From a virus (lineage: Duplodnaviria; Caudoviricetes): a stretch of DNA of 64,000 nucleotides. The notes beneath the pieces are model-generated. The model ran no database searches, was not told the origin of the DNA, and was given only the letters and a program-made list of their open reading frames with translations. The DNA lies in IMG/VR virus record IMGVR_UViG_3300021963_000022, one strand, 5' to 3'. The position numbers and the translations under genes were made by a program. This document shows positions 18,455-27,176 of the stretch, piece by piece; position 1 is the stretch's first letter, and each line of letters starts with the position of its first letter.

Positions 18455-19552
18455 TCAACTTTCGGAAATACCTTGGTAGTTCTGTAGTAGTTTTTGTATT
18501 GCTGAATTTGCATCAGTACCATTACGTAGAGCCTCTGCTACATCATCAATGAATTCTGTTTGGAAGTCTTGTTTTGTTTCTGGACTTAAGCTACGATATT
18601 TTGCGGCTACTGCACTATTTGCTGTCATATGTTTGTTCCACAATTCTTGTGCATGACCACTACTTTGTGACATTTGACTTTGTTGTTGCTGTTGTTGAGC
18701 CTGTTGTTCCTTATCCTGTTTTACTTTGTTTGCACGTTGAATATACTTAAAGCGATTAGGATCCTTCTTCTTCAAGTCAGTGCGGCTAGCATGGTACTTA
18801 TCTGTTACAGGTCTAAACTGCCCACCATATGGATTGAACAATAAGAACTCTGCATCCTCATCACTTAGATTGCCTATCCCCTTTTGTACATCACTTTGTA
18901 GTTGCTTGATGCCTTTATTATATGCATCATAGTCTGCACCTGTTAATGTATTTGCAGGGAAATCATTATCCATATCAATTTGTGGATAGTTGGCTGAATC
19001 TTTGCTATGTAAGTAGTTCATACCTTTAGCAGTAAATTGGTCTAGTATAAAAGCTCCCTTACCCGGACGTAAAAAGTATAATACCTTTGTAAAGAAACTT
19101 ACACCTAACCCAGGAAGTAATTGTAGTTTACGCAATCTTTGAATCAGGTCAAATGCTTGTGCATTTGTTAGATCACCAAAACGTATTTCGTTTAATGCAT
19201 TGTTGACTTGTCGTCTTGCTTCTTTGTCGTTCTTTAATTTCTTGTACAGTAGTTTGGGGTTGTTAGCACGATTGACCATACCGCCCCAGGCCATAATATA
19301 GAATAACAATTTTAAACTACTATTAGCTTTATCGGCAACCATTGCTTTAACTTCAGGCTTACTGTTTGTAGTAGTTGGATAGTTTTGTGGATTGTTCATT
19401 CCAGAAACAGATGCTAAACGACTAGGGTTATACTTTGCAGGTCCCCTGGCATCCATATATTTGTTACCTTGTGGATCGCTTTGTTGAAGCATTTTCCACT
19501 CGGCTTTTAATAATTTTAAATCTTGTTTGTCAAGCACTTCATTAATACGCAT
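18455..19552 (-). CDS. protein with 8-oxoguanine glycosylase (OGG)-like HhH region
   Basis: IMAWGG and LPGLGVSFFTKVLYF followed by ILDQ; Gln-rich C-terminal part. Confidence 0.6.
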   Translation of the reverse strand: MRINEVLDKQDLKLLKAEWKMLQQSDPQGNKYMDARGPAKYNPSRLASVSGMNNPQNYPTTTNSKPEVKAMVADKANSSLKLLFYIMAWGGMVNRANNPKLLYKKLKNDKEARRQVNNALNEIRFGDLTNAQAFDLIQRLRKLQLLPGLGVSFFTKVLYFLRPGKGAFILDQFTAKGMNYLHSKDSANYPQIDMDNDFPANTLTGADYDAYNKGIKQLQSDVQKGIGNLSDEDAEFLLFNPYGGQFRPVTDKYHASRTDLKKKDPNRFKYIQRANKVKQDKEQQAQQQQQQSQMSQSSGHAQELWNKHMTANSAVAAKYRSLSPETKQDFQTEFIDDVAEALRNGTDANSAIQKLLQNYQGISES

Positions 19553-19580
19553 ATAGTATTTATTCTACTATGTATTAATC

Positions 19581-19865
19581 CTATAGTAGTCTGAATAGGG
19601 CAACACTGTCTATGGTTGTAAGTAACAAATAATTTGCCAACATACCAAAACTGTTACGTGACCAAGCCGCCCAAGCATACATACCACAACTAGCAATAGT
19701 TAGTGTAAGATACCATATAAAAGGAACAGCAGGTACAGAACTTGCAAACCAAATTGCTGCACCTATGCTCATGGACCAAGCTAAGGTTTCTATTACAAAT
19801 CTAATTGGATTACTTTTCCAATCCTCTTTGATCCAATTAACTGTACCAGATAATATATTGGTCAT
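19581..19865 (-). CDS. membrane protein
   Basis: Three hydrophobic segments. Confidence 0.7.
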   Translation of the reverse strand: MTNILSGTVNWIKEDWKSNPIRFVIETLAWSMSIGAAIWFASSVPAVPFIWYLTLTIASCGMYAWAAWSRNSFGMLANYLLLTTIDSVALFRLL

Positions 19866-20161
19866 TGACTACAGGTTCGTTCTCTGTATAAACGACCATC
19901 TGCTGTTTGAATCTCTTTCCACTCAGTACAAATTAATGGCTGAGGTGATTGTTGAATGACAACAGGTTGTTGGACAACTATTGGTTGTTGACGTCCTAAT
20001 TCATAACTTATGGCACCAATTACTATAGGTGCTACCCACCAACCCATGCCCGGTCCACGATGATAGCCACCATGGTGACCGTGATGACGGAATCCATGAT
20101 GTTGTGCTACTGCTGAACCTGCTAATACTAATAGTGATATTGCTACTATAATTTTTTTCAT
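19862..20161 (-). CDS. secreted His/Gly-rich hypothetical protein
   Basis: Signal peptide, HHGFRHHGHHGG, terminal Cys pair. Confidence 0.7.
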   Translation of the reverse strand: MKKIIVAISLLVLAGSAVAQHHGFRHHGHHGGYHRGPGMGWWVAPIVIGAISYELGRQQPIVVQQPVVIQQSPQPLICTEWKEIQTADGRLYRERTCSQ

Positions 20162-20188
20162 AGTATTCTCCTATATATGTATAACGTA

Positions 20189-20389
20189 TTACTCAAGTGT
20201 TCCGTTGACTTTGTGTAAGTCAATTGCTTCTTGTAATACAAGTTCTACCATTTTATTTAGCGTAATGTCACGCTTGTGTGCTTCCATAGCTAACTGATAG
20301 ATGTCATGTTCATCTAAATTCAATTCGATTTCGACTCTATTATCTTCTTTTACTGGTTCTGTCATTTTTCTTCCTTGATTTTTTTGCAA
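20189..20389 (-). CDS. small ribbon-helix-helix/HicB-like hypothetical protein
   Basis: LAMEAHKRDITLNKMVE pattern. Confidence 0.55.
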   Translation of the reverse strand: MQKNQGRKMTEPVKEDNRVEIELNLDEHDIYQLAMEAHKRDITLNKMVELVLQEAIDLHKVNGTLE

Positions 20390-20582
20390 CCTCTACTAAA
20401 GGAGCAATGTTGTTGTCATAAATTTGAGCCATAGTTCTATATAACCCTGTGCGTTCTTGGGGCGTCATTCCAGCACACCAAGGTGGGTCATTCGGATCCC
20501 TGTCTAATCCATAATCATGTCTATATGTTAGACACATATCATGGATAATTTTCTCACGGTTATTGGAATCTATATTAATCAC
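20340..20582 (-). CDS. hypothetical protein
   Basis: 80 aa ORF. Confidence 0.6.
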   Translation of the reverse strand: MINIDSNNREKIIHDMCLTYRHDYGLDRDPNDPPWCAGMTPQERTGLYRTMAQIYDNNIAPLVEVAKKSRKKNDRTSKRR

Positions 20583-20711
20583 AATTTATGTAAAGCTAAG
20601 ATAACAAGTAGTGCCACCGTACAAATTATACTTTCAGGAACATACACACTTTTAATTATCATTTTCTTCTTTCATTTAAATTATTATACACATAAACTAA
20701 TATATTGTCAA

Positions 20712-20957
20712 CTAGTTTAACAATCTTTTGGGCATATTAGGATTTTCATCTTCTTCCAAAGCTTGGGCTAAAGTTTCCAAATCCTCATCTCCCAACTCAT
20801 CCAAATCAATTTCTAATGCTTCATCCATGAGTTCACCGGACTCAACTAGTCTAGTAAGTTCAGAAACAAGGTCGTCTAGTTCTTCCTGTGTTCCATCAAA
20901 GTTATCAAAGCACCCGGGTGCAAATTCAATCTTAAGAGGTTTCTTTTCTTCTGTCAT
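20712..20957 (-). CDS. acidic hypothetical protein
   Basis: FAPGCFDNFDGTQEELD; very D/E-rich. Confidence 0.7.
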   Translation of the reverse strand: MTEEKKPLKIEFAPGCFDNFDGTQEELDDLVSELTRLVESGELMDEALEIDLDELGDEDLETLAQALEEDENPNMPKRLLN

Positions 20958-20964
20958 AATCTAA

Positions 20965-21192
20965 TTATCTCCATGCGTTAAATAAACCTAATAAACAAGT
21001 GACAATAGCCACAATATTTACTACTAATTGTGGACGATTCTTTACACGTATAGTCCATATCATAAACATAATTGTACCTAATGTAAATGCTACAATGTTG
21101 TAGGGATAAACACTAGGTCCAATTGAATTACATACATGCCCAGCAATAATGAATACTGCACCTATCCATTGCAGGGTATCGTTTAATTTCAT
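20965..21192 (-). CDS. small membrane protein
   Basis: Three short TM segments. Confidence 0.7.
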   Translation of the reverse strand: MKLNDTLQWIGAVFIIAGHVCNSIGPSVYPYNIVAFTLGTIMFMIWTIRVKNRPQLVVNIVAIVTCLLGLFNAWR

Positions 21193-21407
21193 TCTTCAAT
21201 GCCTAAAATTTCTATAACTTCATCAATCTCTAACAGTTCAATATCATAATATTCAGTGGTAAAATTTGACTCCACGTCTGAATATAATTTCTTAGTCATT
21301 TCATTGCGGTACATTTCTAATGCATCTCTAATAATATTGCGGTTAGATACTGACAAGGTTATGTTTTTATAATCTTGTAATTCAAAAGAATATTGTGCTA
21401 TGTTCAT
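21189..21407 (-). CDS. hypothetical protein
   Basis: 72 aa ORF with overlaps. Confidence 0.6.
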   Translation of the reverse strand: MNIAQYSFELQDYKNITLSVSNRNIIRDALEMYRNEMTKKLYSDVESNFTTEYYDIELLEIDEVIEILGIEE

Positions 21408-21745
21408 TATTTTACTCCAAAAGTGTTTAATGCAGGTTGCATTGTGTTAATTAATTCTGTCTCACGGCTATGTGCTGGCTTCTTACCACGCACAACCTCG
21501 ATGACTCCAAATATAAAACTCTCGGCACCACGTTCACATAGGGCACGTGACAAACCCCAGTTTTTGTTCTCAGTCAAGGCACGTTGCATATGTTTTTGCA
21601 TACGACGGCGTAGTGTCAAAAACACATTGCCTTTATATGACAATGCAGTTAAGCCGATATAATACTCAAATGTTACAACATCTTGGATGTAGTAAATCAC
21701 TTGGTTACGATCGGTCCTACGTTTGCGGGTGCTTTTTGAGTTCAT
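21407..21745 (-). CDS. small GIY-YIG-like nuclease domain protein
   Basis: VIYYIQ..YYIGLT, R..KH, E..LI..MQPALN. Confidence 0.75.
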   Translation of the reverse strand: MNSKSTRKRRTDRNQVIYYIQDVVTFEYYIGLTALSYKGNVFLTLRRRMQKHMQRALTENKNWGLSRALCERGAESFIFGVIEVVRGKKPAHSRETELINTMQPALNTFGVK

Positions 21746-21781
21746 GTATGTATTGTAGCACCATTACGAATTATTGTCAAG

Positions 21782-22219
21782 TTAGTGGTGGCCAACTAAT
21801 TCCAATGCTTCTTTGAAGATTTTTTGTTGTCTATTTACAACATCTAATTCCCATGGTAGATTCTGATATTCCTCATAACTCATTTCTTCCGGAAGTTTCT
21901 TAGTATAGGGAATACCATGCCAATAACACATACCATTTTGTGCTATTCTCAATTTACCAGTATGTTTCTGATTAATATGTATTAACTCATGGGTTAATAC
22001 TTTAGGTAATGATTCATAACTAATATTATAGTTAATACCCAATCTATTATCTTTAAACTTATCTATTCCACCATATACATTATGTTCTAATGGATATAAA
22101 CAAACTTCTAATGATTCAGGTAATTCTATTATCTTTGATATTGCAGTAGCAAACGAGGTTATAATAACTTCGTGTTTATAGCTTTGCTGATTGTTTTTGT
22201 AAAAGAATCTAATATACAC
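21782..22219 (-). CDS. putative zinc metallopeptidase
   Basis: HELIH (HExxH) and downstream PWE motif. Confidence 0.7.
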   Translation of the reverse strand: MYIRFFYKNNQQSYKHEVIITSFATAISKIIELPESLEVCLYPLEHNVYGGIDKFKDNRLGINYNISYESLPKVLTHELIHINQKHTGKLRIAQNGMCYWHGIPYTKKLPEEMSYEEYQNLPWELDVVNRQQKIFKEALELVGHH

Positions 22220-22222
22220 AGA

Positions 22223-22690
22223 TTAGTTAGTATCTTCTGTTACTTTAAATCGGTTTGAATATTCATAGTTAACTGTATCTAGATTCTCACGGAAAACAAT
22301 AGCCCCATTACGTAAGTGAAATCTTCTAGCCATTTCAGTTTTAGGACTTAATGTAACAAATCTAGTAACACTAGGATATTCACGTTGAATGCCTTTTACT
22401 GCTTCAATTAATAACTCTTGACCTTTACCTGCTTTATAACTCCATATTGTGTAGAATACTGCAGTGGTCGGGACTGTTGCAGTAGTCTGCAAATCTGTAG
22501 TGTCTTGTGGTACAAAATCATGGAAACTAACACAAACCATCGCTTCTGGATTGTCTGCATTATCGTCGGTTAGTGCGGCAACCATTCTGCCGTTGCTGAC
22601 TCTAAAGTCAGTTGGTATTTCAGGCCGAACGGGATCGTCCTTAATGAAATCAAGTAGTTTATTAGTGAGGTCTTTGATGAAGTGGAGCAT
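22223..22690 (-). CDS. hypothetical protein (acyltransferase-like fold possible)
   Basis: 155 aa ORF; FYTIWSYKAGKGQELL. Confidence 0.65.
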   Translation of the reverse strand: MLHFIKDLTNKLLDFIKDDPVRPEIPTDFRVSNGRMVAALTDDNADNPEAMVCVSFHDFVPQDTTDLQTTATVPTTAVFYTIWSYKAGKGQELLIEAVKGIQREYPSVTRFVTLSPKTEMARRFHLRNGAIVFRENLDTVNYEYSNRFKVTEDTN

Positions 22691-22728
22691 AGTAAATGTA
22701 TTTAGTCATAGCGCATAAAATACATATA

Positions 22729-23493
22729 TTATGCACTATAAATTGTGTTTAAGAATTTTTCAACGATAATTTGTCGTTCTTTTTTAGTTTTAGCACCAAG
22801 CACAGTTATGTTATAAAGTTGGTTGTTTGATGTGACTAACAAAGTGATGCAGAATCCCGCTGCCTTAGTAAAGCCAGTTTTGATGGTGACAATACCCTCA
22901 CGTCCAGAGAATGTGCTAGTAGAATTGCTAGTAATCTTTAGTTGTTTCTTTCCCTTTGTAGTGTAAGCTGTAACTGATTTAACTTTTGCGGCATCTTTGA
23001 CTATATCGAACTCATATACTGCTTTGGTCAACAATACAATATCATTGATAGAACTATAGTTCATAGGACTTAACCCTGTAGGTTCAACAAATCTAGTATT
23101 GACCATGTTTAACTCTACTGTATGCTGATTCATTCTATTTATAAAATAGCTATATCCATACACAAAGTTTTCTGCTAGTGTTTGTGCCGCTAAGTTATCA
23201 CTTCCCACAAGTGCTAGATTAATCAAATCTAGTCTGGATAACGCTATTCCCTTGACTAATTTAGTATTGGGTGTAGTTTTACCAGTTACTGTAAGCTTTT
23301 CATGTAGGTCTTGATTCTCTTTAAGAACAGTATAAACCGTCATTAACTTGCTAATACTAGCAATACTCAGTTCATCATGGTCTAATGACCCTTCCACAAC
23401 ACGGTTGTTTGTTACGTCATACATCACCTTTGTAGTTGCGGAAAACGCAAATACGGGCAATAGTAAGAATAATGCTAGAATGATTTTGTTCAT
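22729..23493 (-). CDS. peptidase S11 D-Ala-D-Ala carboxy/endopeptidase (PBP5/PBP7-like)
   Basis: Signal peptide MNKIILALFLLLPVFAFSA; SISK (SxxK), SDN (SxN) and KTG motifs; start reassigned to 23493 behind a promoter. Confidence 0.9.
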   Translation of the reverse strand: MNKIILALFLLLPVFAFSATTKVMYDVTNNRVVEGSLDHDELSIASISKLMTVYTVLKENQDLHEKLTVTGKTTPNTKLVKGIALSRLDLINLALVGSDNLAAQTLAENFVYGYSYFINRMNQHTVELNMVNTRFVEPTGLSPMNYSSINDIVLLTKAVYEFDIVKDAAKVKSVTAYTTKGKKQLKITSNSTSTFSGREGIVTIKTGFTKAAGFCITLLVTSNNQLYNITVLGAKTKKERQIIVEKFLNTIYSA

Positions 23494-23558
23494 AATATAT
23501 TTAGTGTATCTTATTAAGTGCGAATTGTCAATAGATAAGGTTAAGAATAAATACATAT

Positions 23559-24458
23559 ATGAACAATTATGAGCATTTTTCAAAGCTATGTGAGAGCATA
23601 GTAACAGAGGTTAGTACTGCTATGGCTGAGTTTAAAGGGCCCGGGGCACAGGAAGTACTAAAGTATCTACATCAAAGTCAAGCTTTTGGGCATGATGTTG
23701 ATATCAGACCATTAGCTAGACCAAAGTGGGCAGACCTTAGAAGTCCAGACTATGCTGATTCATGGTTTTTAATTTCAGGTACTAAAGGGTTTGTAGCGGC
23801 AAAATTTGCAAAAGGATCTTATCGTAATACTGGGACATTTATGATATTTGCTAGTAATGGTACACCTGATCCTGAAGAGGGTAACATAGTATATTCTACT
23901 ACAATAGATTCAGCGGTAGAGGCTAACAATTATGTCAAGTCTTTTATCGGTGATGCTAAAAAATATTATATAGCCCGATCAGAATATTCAACAACTTTGC
24001 GTAATACACGAAAAGCAAATAAACCCACAGAGATAAGCGATATGCATGTGGTCAGTAACAAGCTAGTGCAAAGATTCAAGCCGTTGTTTAACAAAATATT
24101 AGTTGCATCTAGGGCTGATGTTAACGGTGTCATTAGTTCTATGGTAAAGAATGATGCACATCATCGTGCAGAAAAGAAGATTGAGCATTTAAATCTAATA
24201 GATAGAAGTATTGATGAATTACAAGACGGGCAAATATCAGATTTTCTTAAAGATGCTGTAGGTAATAGTTTAATGATGACAGCAAGATACTACTACCCCG
24301 ATAAAACAGGTAACATTAGTAGCTCATATGGATATCGCAATTATGCATACTCATCTGAAAGTTCCGAAGGTGTTAAACAAGTATTAAAAGACATTCAATC
24401 TGGTGATAGACAAAAACTAAGTGCCGTACTTGCCTATCTAAAGAGGAGTTTAATATAA
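23559..24458 (+). CDS. hypothetical protein, candidate virion internal protein
   Basis: 299 aa; ATAAATA upstream; N-terminus ends in LCES. Confidence 0.75.
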   Translation: MNNYEHFSKLCESIVTEVSTAMAEFKGPGAQEVLKYLHQSQAFGHDVDIRPLARPKWADLRSPDYADSWFLISGTKGFVAAKFAKGSYRNTGTFMIFASNGTPDPEEGNIVYSTTIDSAVEANNYVKSFIGDAKKYYIARSEYSTTLRNTRKANKPTEISDMHVVSNKLVQRFKPLFNKILVASRADVNGVISSMVKNDAHHRAEKKIEHLNLIDRSIDELQDGQISDFLKDAVGNSLMMTARYYYPDKTGNISSSYGYRNYAYSSESSEGVKQVLKDIQSGDRQKLSAVLAYLKRSLI

Positions 24459-25678
24459 TGAGAGCATTAGACTTTCTAAAAGAATCTATTGATGGGACTA
24501 CTATATTAAAGGATCCCAAAGTAGCAAAAATGTTAGCTATTGCTATCAGGCACGATAAATCATTCCCTAGGAATGATGTAGCAGATATGGGTCCTAGACC
24601 AACTGTTGGTGATTATGTTGGTGCATGGACTAGGTTAGTTAATAACACACTAGCTTCAAACAAGTACGGTGATCTAAGTAAAGACGGTAAGTTTGATAAT
24701 TGGTTATTAAGACTATATATGAATCATAGTTTAGACTATGAGGATTTAAACGGTGAGGGCGGTGATGCACTAGGTGCTTGGAAGGCATTAAGCACTAGAG
24801 GATTATTACAACCTAAGGATCAAGATTTTAACAAATTCTCTACATTACGTTCATTACAGCAGGCAATGCAGAAAAGAGAATATCGTAATACATTACAACG
24901 AATCAAAGATGCCGAAGAACTAGAAAAACACAAACGAACTAGAAAAGAAATTGTATTGATTGACAACAATAGATTTTATGTTATTATACCTTTAAACTAT
25001 GGTGCTTGTTATACATTTAATAATCAAACAGGACATATGAGTCAGTTCTGTACCGGTGGCTCTGGCGGATACAATTGGTTTAACAATTATGCACCACGTG
25101 GTCCTATCATTAGTATTGTTGACAAAAAGAATATGGATGACAAGGATGGTAAGTGGCAAATGCATGCCCCTACCAATCAGCTAGTAAACAGCACACAAGA
25201 CCAGCGTTATGCTAGAGGTGCAGGTGATCAAGATTTTGCGAAATTATTCCCTGGCTTAATGAAAGAAATTGTTAAGGGTATGCTATTAAAAGCAGACGAA
25301 ATAAGAACAGGAAGTAAAGAAATTGATCCTCCCAATGGATATGATGTTAGAGAAGCGGCTAAAGATATTGTAAGAACTTTCCCCATAAGCTATAAATCTC
25401 AACCCAGCGATAAAGTTATTGACATGCCAAGTAACACAACACCTGATAATGTATTTGTAAATCAACCACCACCAGAGCCTGTAGGTCCACCTCAACCAGC
25501 TGGTCCGTTAATAGATAACTGGTATATGTATGTTGCAGGTAGAAACTTGGGTATTGTACAAAATAAAACTAAAGATCAAGCACAACAATACTTGCAAAGT
25601 TATATACAAAAGAATAGAATTCCTCGAGGTCGTGCTTATATGAAGTCCGAGGGCAATGACACAATAGTTAGATTGTAA
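24458..25678 (+). CDS. hypothetical protein, candidate virion internal protein
   Basis: 406 aa; N-terminus MRALDFLKES. Confidence 0.75.
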   Translation: MRALDFLKESIDGTTILKDPKVAKMLAIAIRHDKSFPRNDVADMGPRPTVGDYVGAWTRLVNNTLASNKYGDLSKDGKFDNWLLRLYMNHSLDYEDLNGEGGDALGAWKALSTRGLLQPKDQDFNKFSTLRSLQQAMQKREYRNTLQRIKDAEELEKHKRTRKEIVLIDNNRFYVIIPLNYGACYTFNNQTGHMSQFCTGGSGGYNWFNNYAPRGPIISIVDKKNMDDKDGKWQMHAPTNQLVNSTQDQRYARGAGDQDFAKLFPGLMKEIVKGMLLKADEIRTGSKEIDPPNGYDVREAAKDIVRTFPISYKSQPSDKVIDMPSNTTPDNVFVNQPPPEPVGPPQPAGPLIDNWYMYVAGRNLGIVQNKTKDQAQQYLQSYIQKNRIPRGRAYMKSEGNDTIVRL

Positions 25679-25681
25679 TAG

Positions 25682-25705
25682 AAATAGACCCCGAAGGGTC
25701 TATTT
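25682..25705. terminator. bidirectional intrinsic terminator
   Basis: AAATAGACCC-CGAA-GGGTCTATTT between convergent genes. Confidence 0.85.
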
Positions 25706-26314
25706 TTACATTGCGGGTCCGTTCCCGTTTTTGAATCCTACTTCTCCACCTTCATCTTTGATTCGTTTAATAACATCTTCAAACAATATAGGTTTATAAT
25801 CAGTATGCTCAACACATACACAATGATAGCGAGGATCAATTACATGATCACCCCATACTTCAGTCATTACTCTATTAGCATGTAGGTGACCATGAATGTT
25901 AACACCAAATCTACCCAATGATTCAGTATGAATAGGTATATGACTTAATATCATACCATTCATCACGTGATAGGCACGTAGTTCACGGAAGTGTTCTCTA
26001 TACTCATTATCACGGAAGATATCATGGTTGCCACGAATCAATACTTTGTCACCGTTTAACCGACTCATAATCTTTAATGCTTTACGGTTGATAACAACAT
26101 CACCTAAGTGATATACTTTATCGTTTGGTCGTACTGTTTCGTTCCAACGCTTAACCATTTCTTCATCCATCTCATCGGCATTATCCCATGGGCGAAGTTT
26201 AGTCACTCCATCATTACGAGTGAATCTACATACTCCGGTATGTCCGAAGTGTGTGTCCGAAACTAAAAATACTGCTGGCATATTATACTCCGTTTTTTCT
26301 TGATATCCAACCAT
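25706..26314 (-). CDS. calcineurin-like metallophosphoesterase
   Basis: SDTHFGH, HLGDV, RGNHD, SHIP and HGHLH motifs; true start probably at MPAVF. Confidence 0.9.
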   Translation of the reverse strand: MVGYQEKTEYNMPAVFLVSDTHFGHTGVCRFTRNDGVTKLRPWDNADEMDEEMVKRWNETVRPNDKVYHLGDVVINRKALKIMSRLNGDKVLIRGNHDIFRDNEYREHFRELRAYHVMNGMILSHIPIHTESLGRFGVNIHGHLHANRVMTEVWGDHVIDPRYHCVCVEHTDYKPILFEDVIKRIKDEGGEVGFKNGNGPAM

Positions 26315-26480
26315 TGTAGTTAGGGTCTGTTACTTCATCAACCCCGAATCTACCCACAATCTCTGTTGTTCCATCTGTTATAGAGACAAACTCATTAACA
26401 AGTTTTGCCATTTCCATAGCAATAATCAGGTCTTTATTTTCACCCCTGACATGACCATTACTATCTTTTACTAACCACAT
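26283..26480 (-). CDS. hypothetical protein
   Basis: 65 aa ORF. Confidence 0.55.
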   Translation of the reverse strand: MWLVKDSNGHVRGENKDLIIAMEMAKLVNEFVSITDGTTEIVGRFGVDEVTDPNYNGWISRKNGV

Positions 26481-26489
26481 AATAATCCT

Positions 26490-26801
26490 TCAAGCTGTTA
26501 GCCAACCTATTTCATCTTTTGTTTCAACAGATTCGGCTCCGTCATACTCATTGATTTTAAACTCAGTGCCTTCAGGTACCCAAGCAACTTCTAAGTCCAT
26601 CATACCACCATCATATATTGCAGGGTACTTCAATGCCACATATGTTTGTAGTTCGTCAAATTTTTCGTCCAATACAAATTGTGCGATAGCAGGTTCAAAA
26701 ATAAGTTCAGGCATAGTAGGGTTCCAAGTGAACCATCCTGCACCAAAGCCAGGACTATATAATACAGCTACTTTCCCATTTCTAATTAGTTTGTTCATCA
26801 T
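26490..26801 (-). CDS. hypothetical phage protein
   Basis: VAVLYSPGFGAGWFTWN..INEYDGAESV; promoter upstream. Confidence 0.8.
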   Translation of the reverse strand: MMNKLIRNGKVAVLYSPGFGAGWFTWNPTMPELIFEPAIAQFVLDEKFDELQTYVALKYPAIYDGGMMDLEVAWVPEGTEFKINEYDGAESVETKDEIGWLTA

Positions 26802-26903
26802 ATTTTACCTCTGTGTGTATTATACATCTTTTGGGAATTATTGTCAAGCGCAGTAAAACACACCCTAGATGCGCTAAATGTATATTATAGTATTAAGATA
26901 AAG

Positions 26904-27173
26904 GAACGAGTCATTATGACTGTATGCGGTTGTTTGGCTAGGGGTGCAAGACTATTTAGCTTATAAATTTAGTGTGTCAGCTACTAGCACTACCAAGCCC
27001 TGACATGGGTTTAAGGTTCCGTCCTACATATCTACATTTAGACAGTTATGCTCTGCCTTAGTGATTTCTCAAATTGCCCCTAAATTGAAGCCTTGCAGTA
27101 GATCCTAAGCACTGTGCAGTTATCGTTACCGCAATTACGCCTTCGTTAACGGAGAAGAGTAACCCGAGTGTTC
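26904..27173. ncRNA. candidate structured non-coding RNA (~270 nt), family unknown
   Basis: ORF-free and more GC-rich than its flanks; nested long-range helices seen by eye (see findings). Confidence 0.55.
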
Positions 27174-27176
27174 TTA

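Noticed and set aside
18695-18720. TTG/CTG trinucleotide run
   Set aside because: It encodes a poly-Gln linker within the 365-aa protein; low complexity only.
26904-27173. Group I intron, tmRNA or RNase P identity for the structured element
   Set aside because: It has AAUUGCGG and AUAGUCU look-alikes, but there is no GACUA partner for P7, the order of elements is wrong and no gene is interrupted. There is no tRNA-Ala-like ends/tag frame and no GAGGAAAGUCC.
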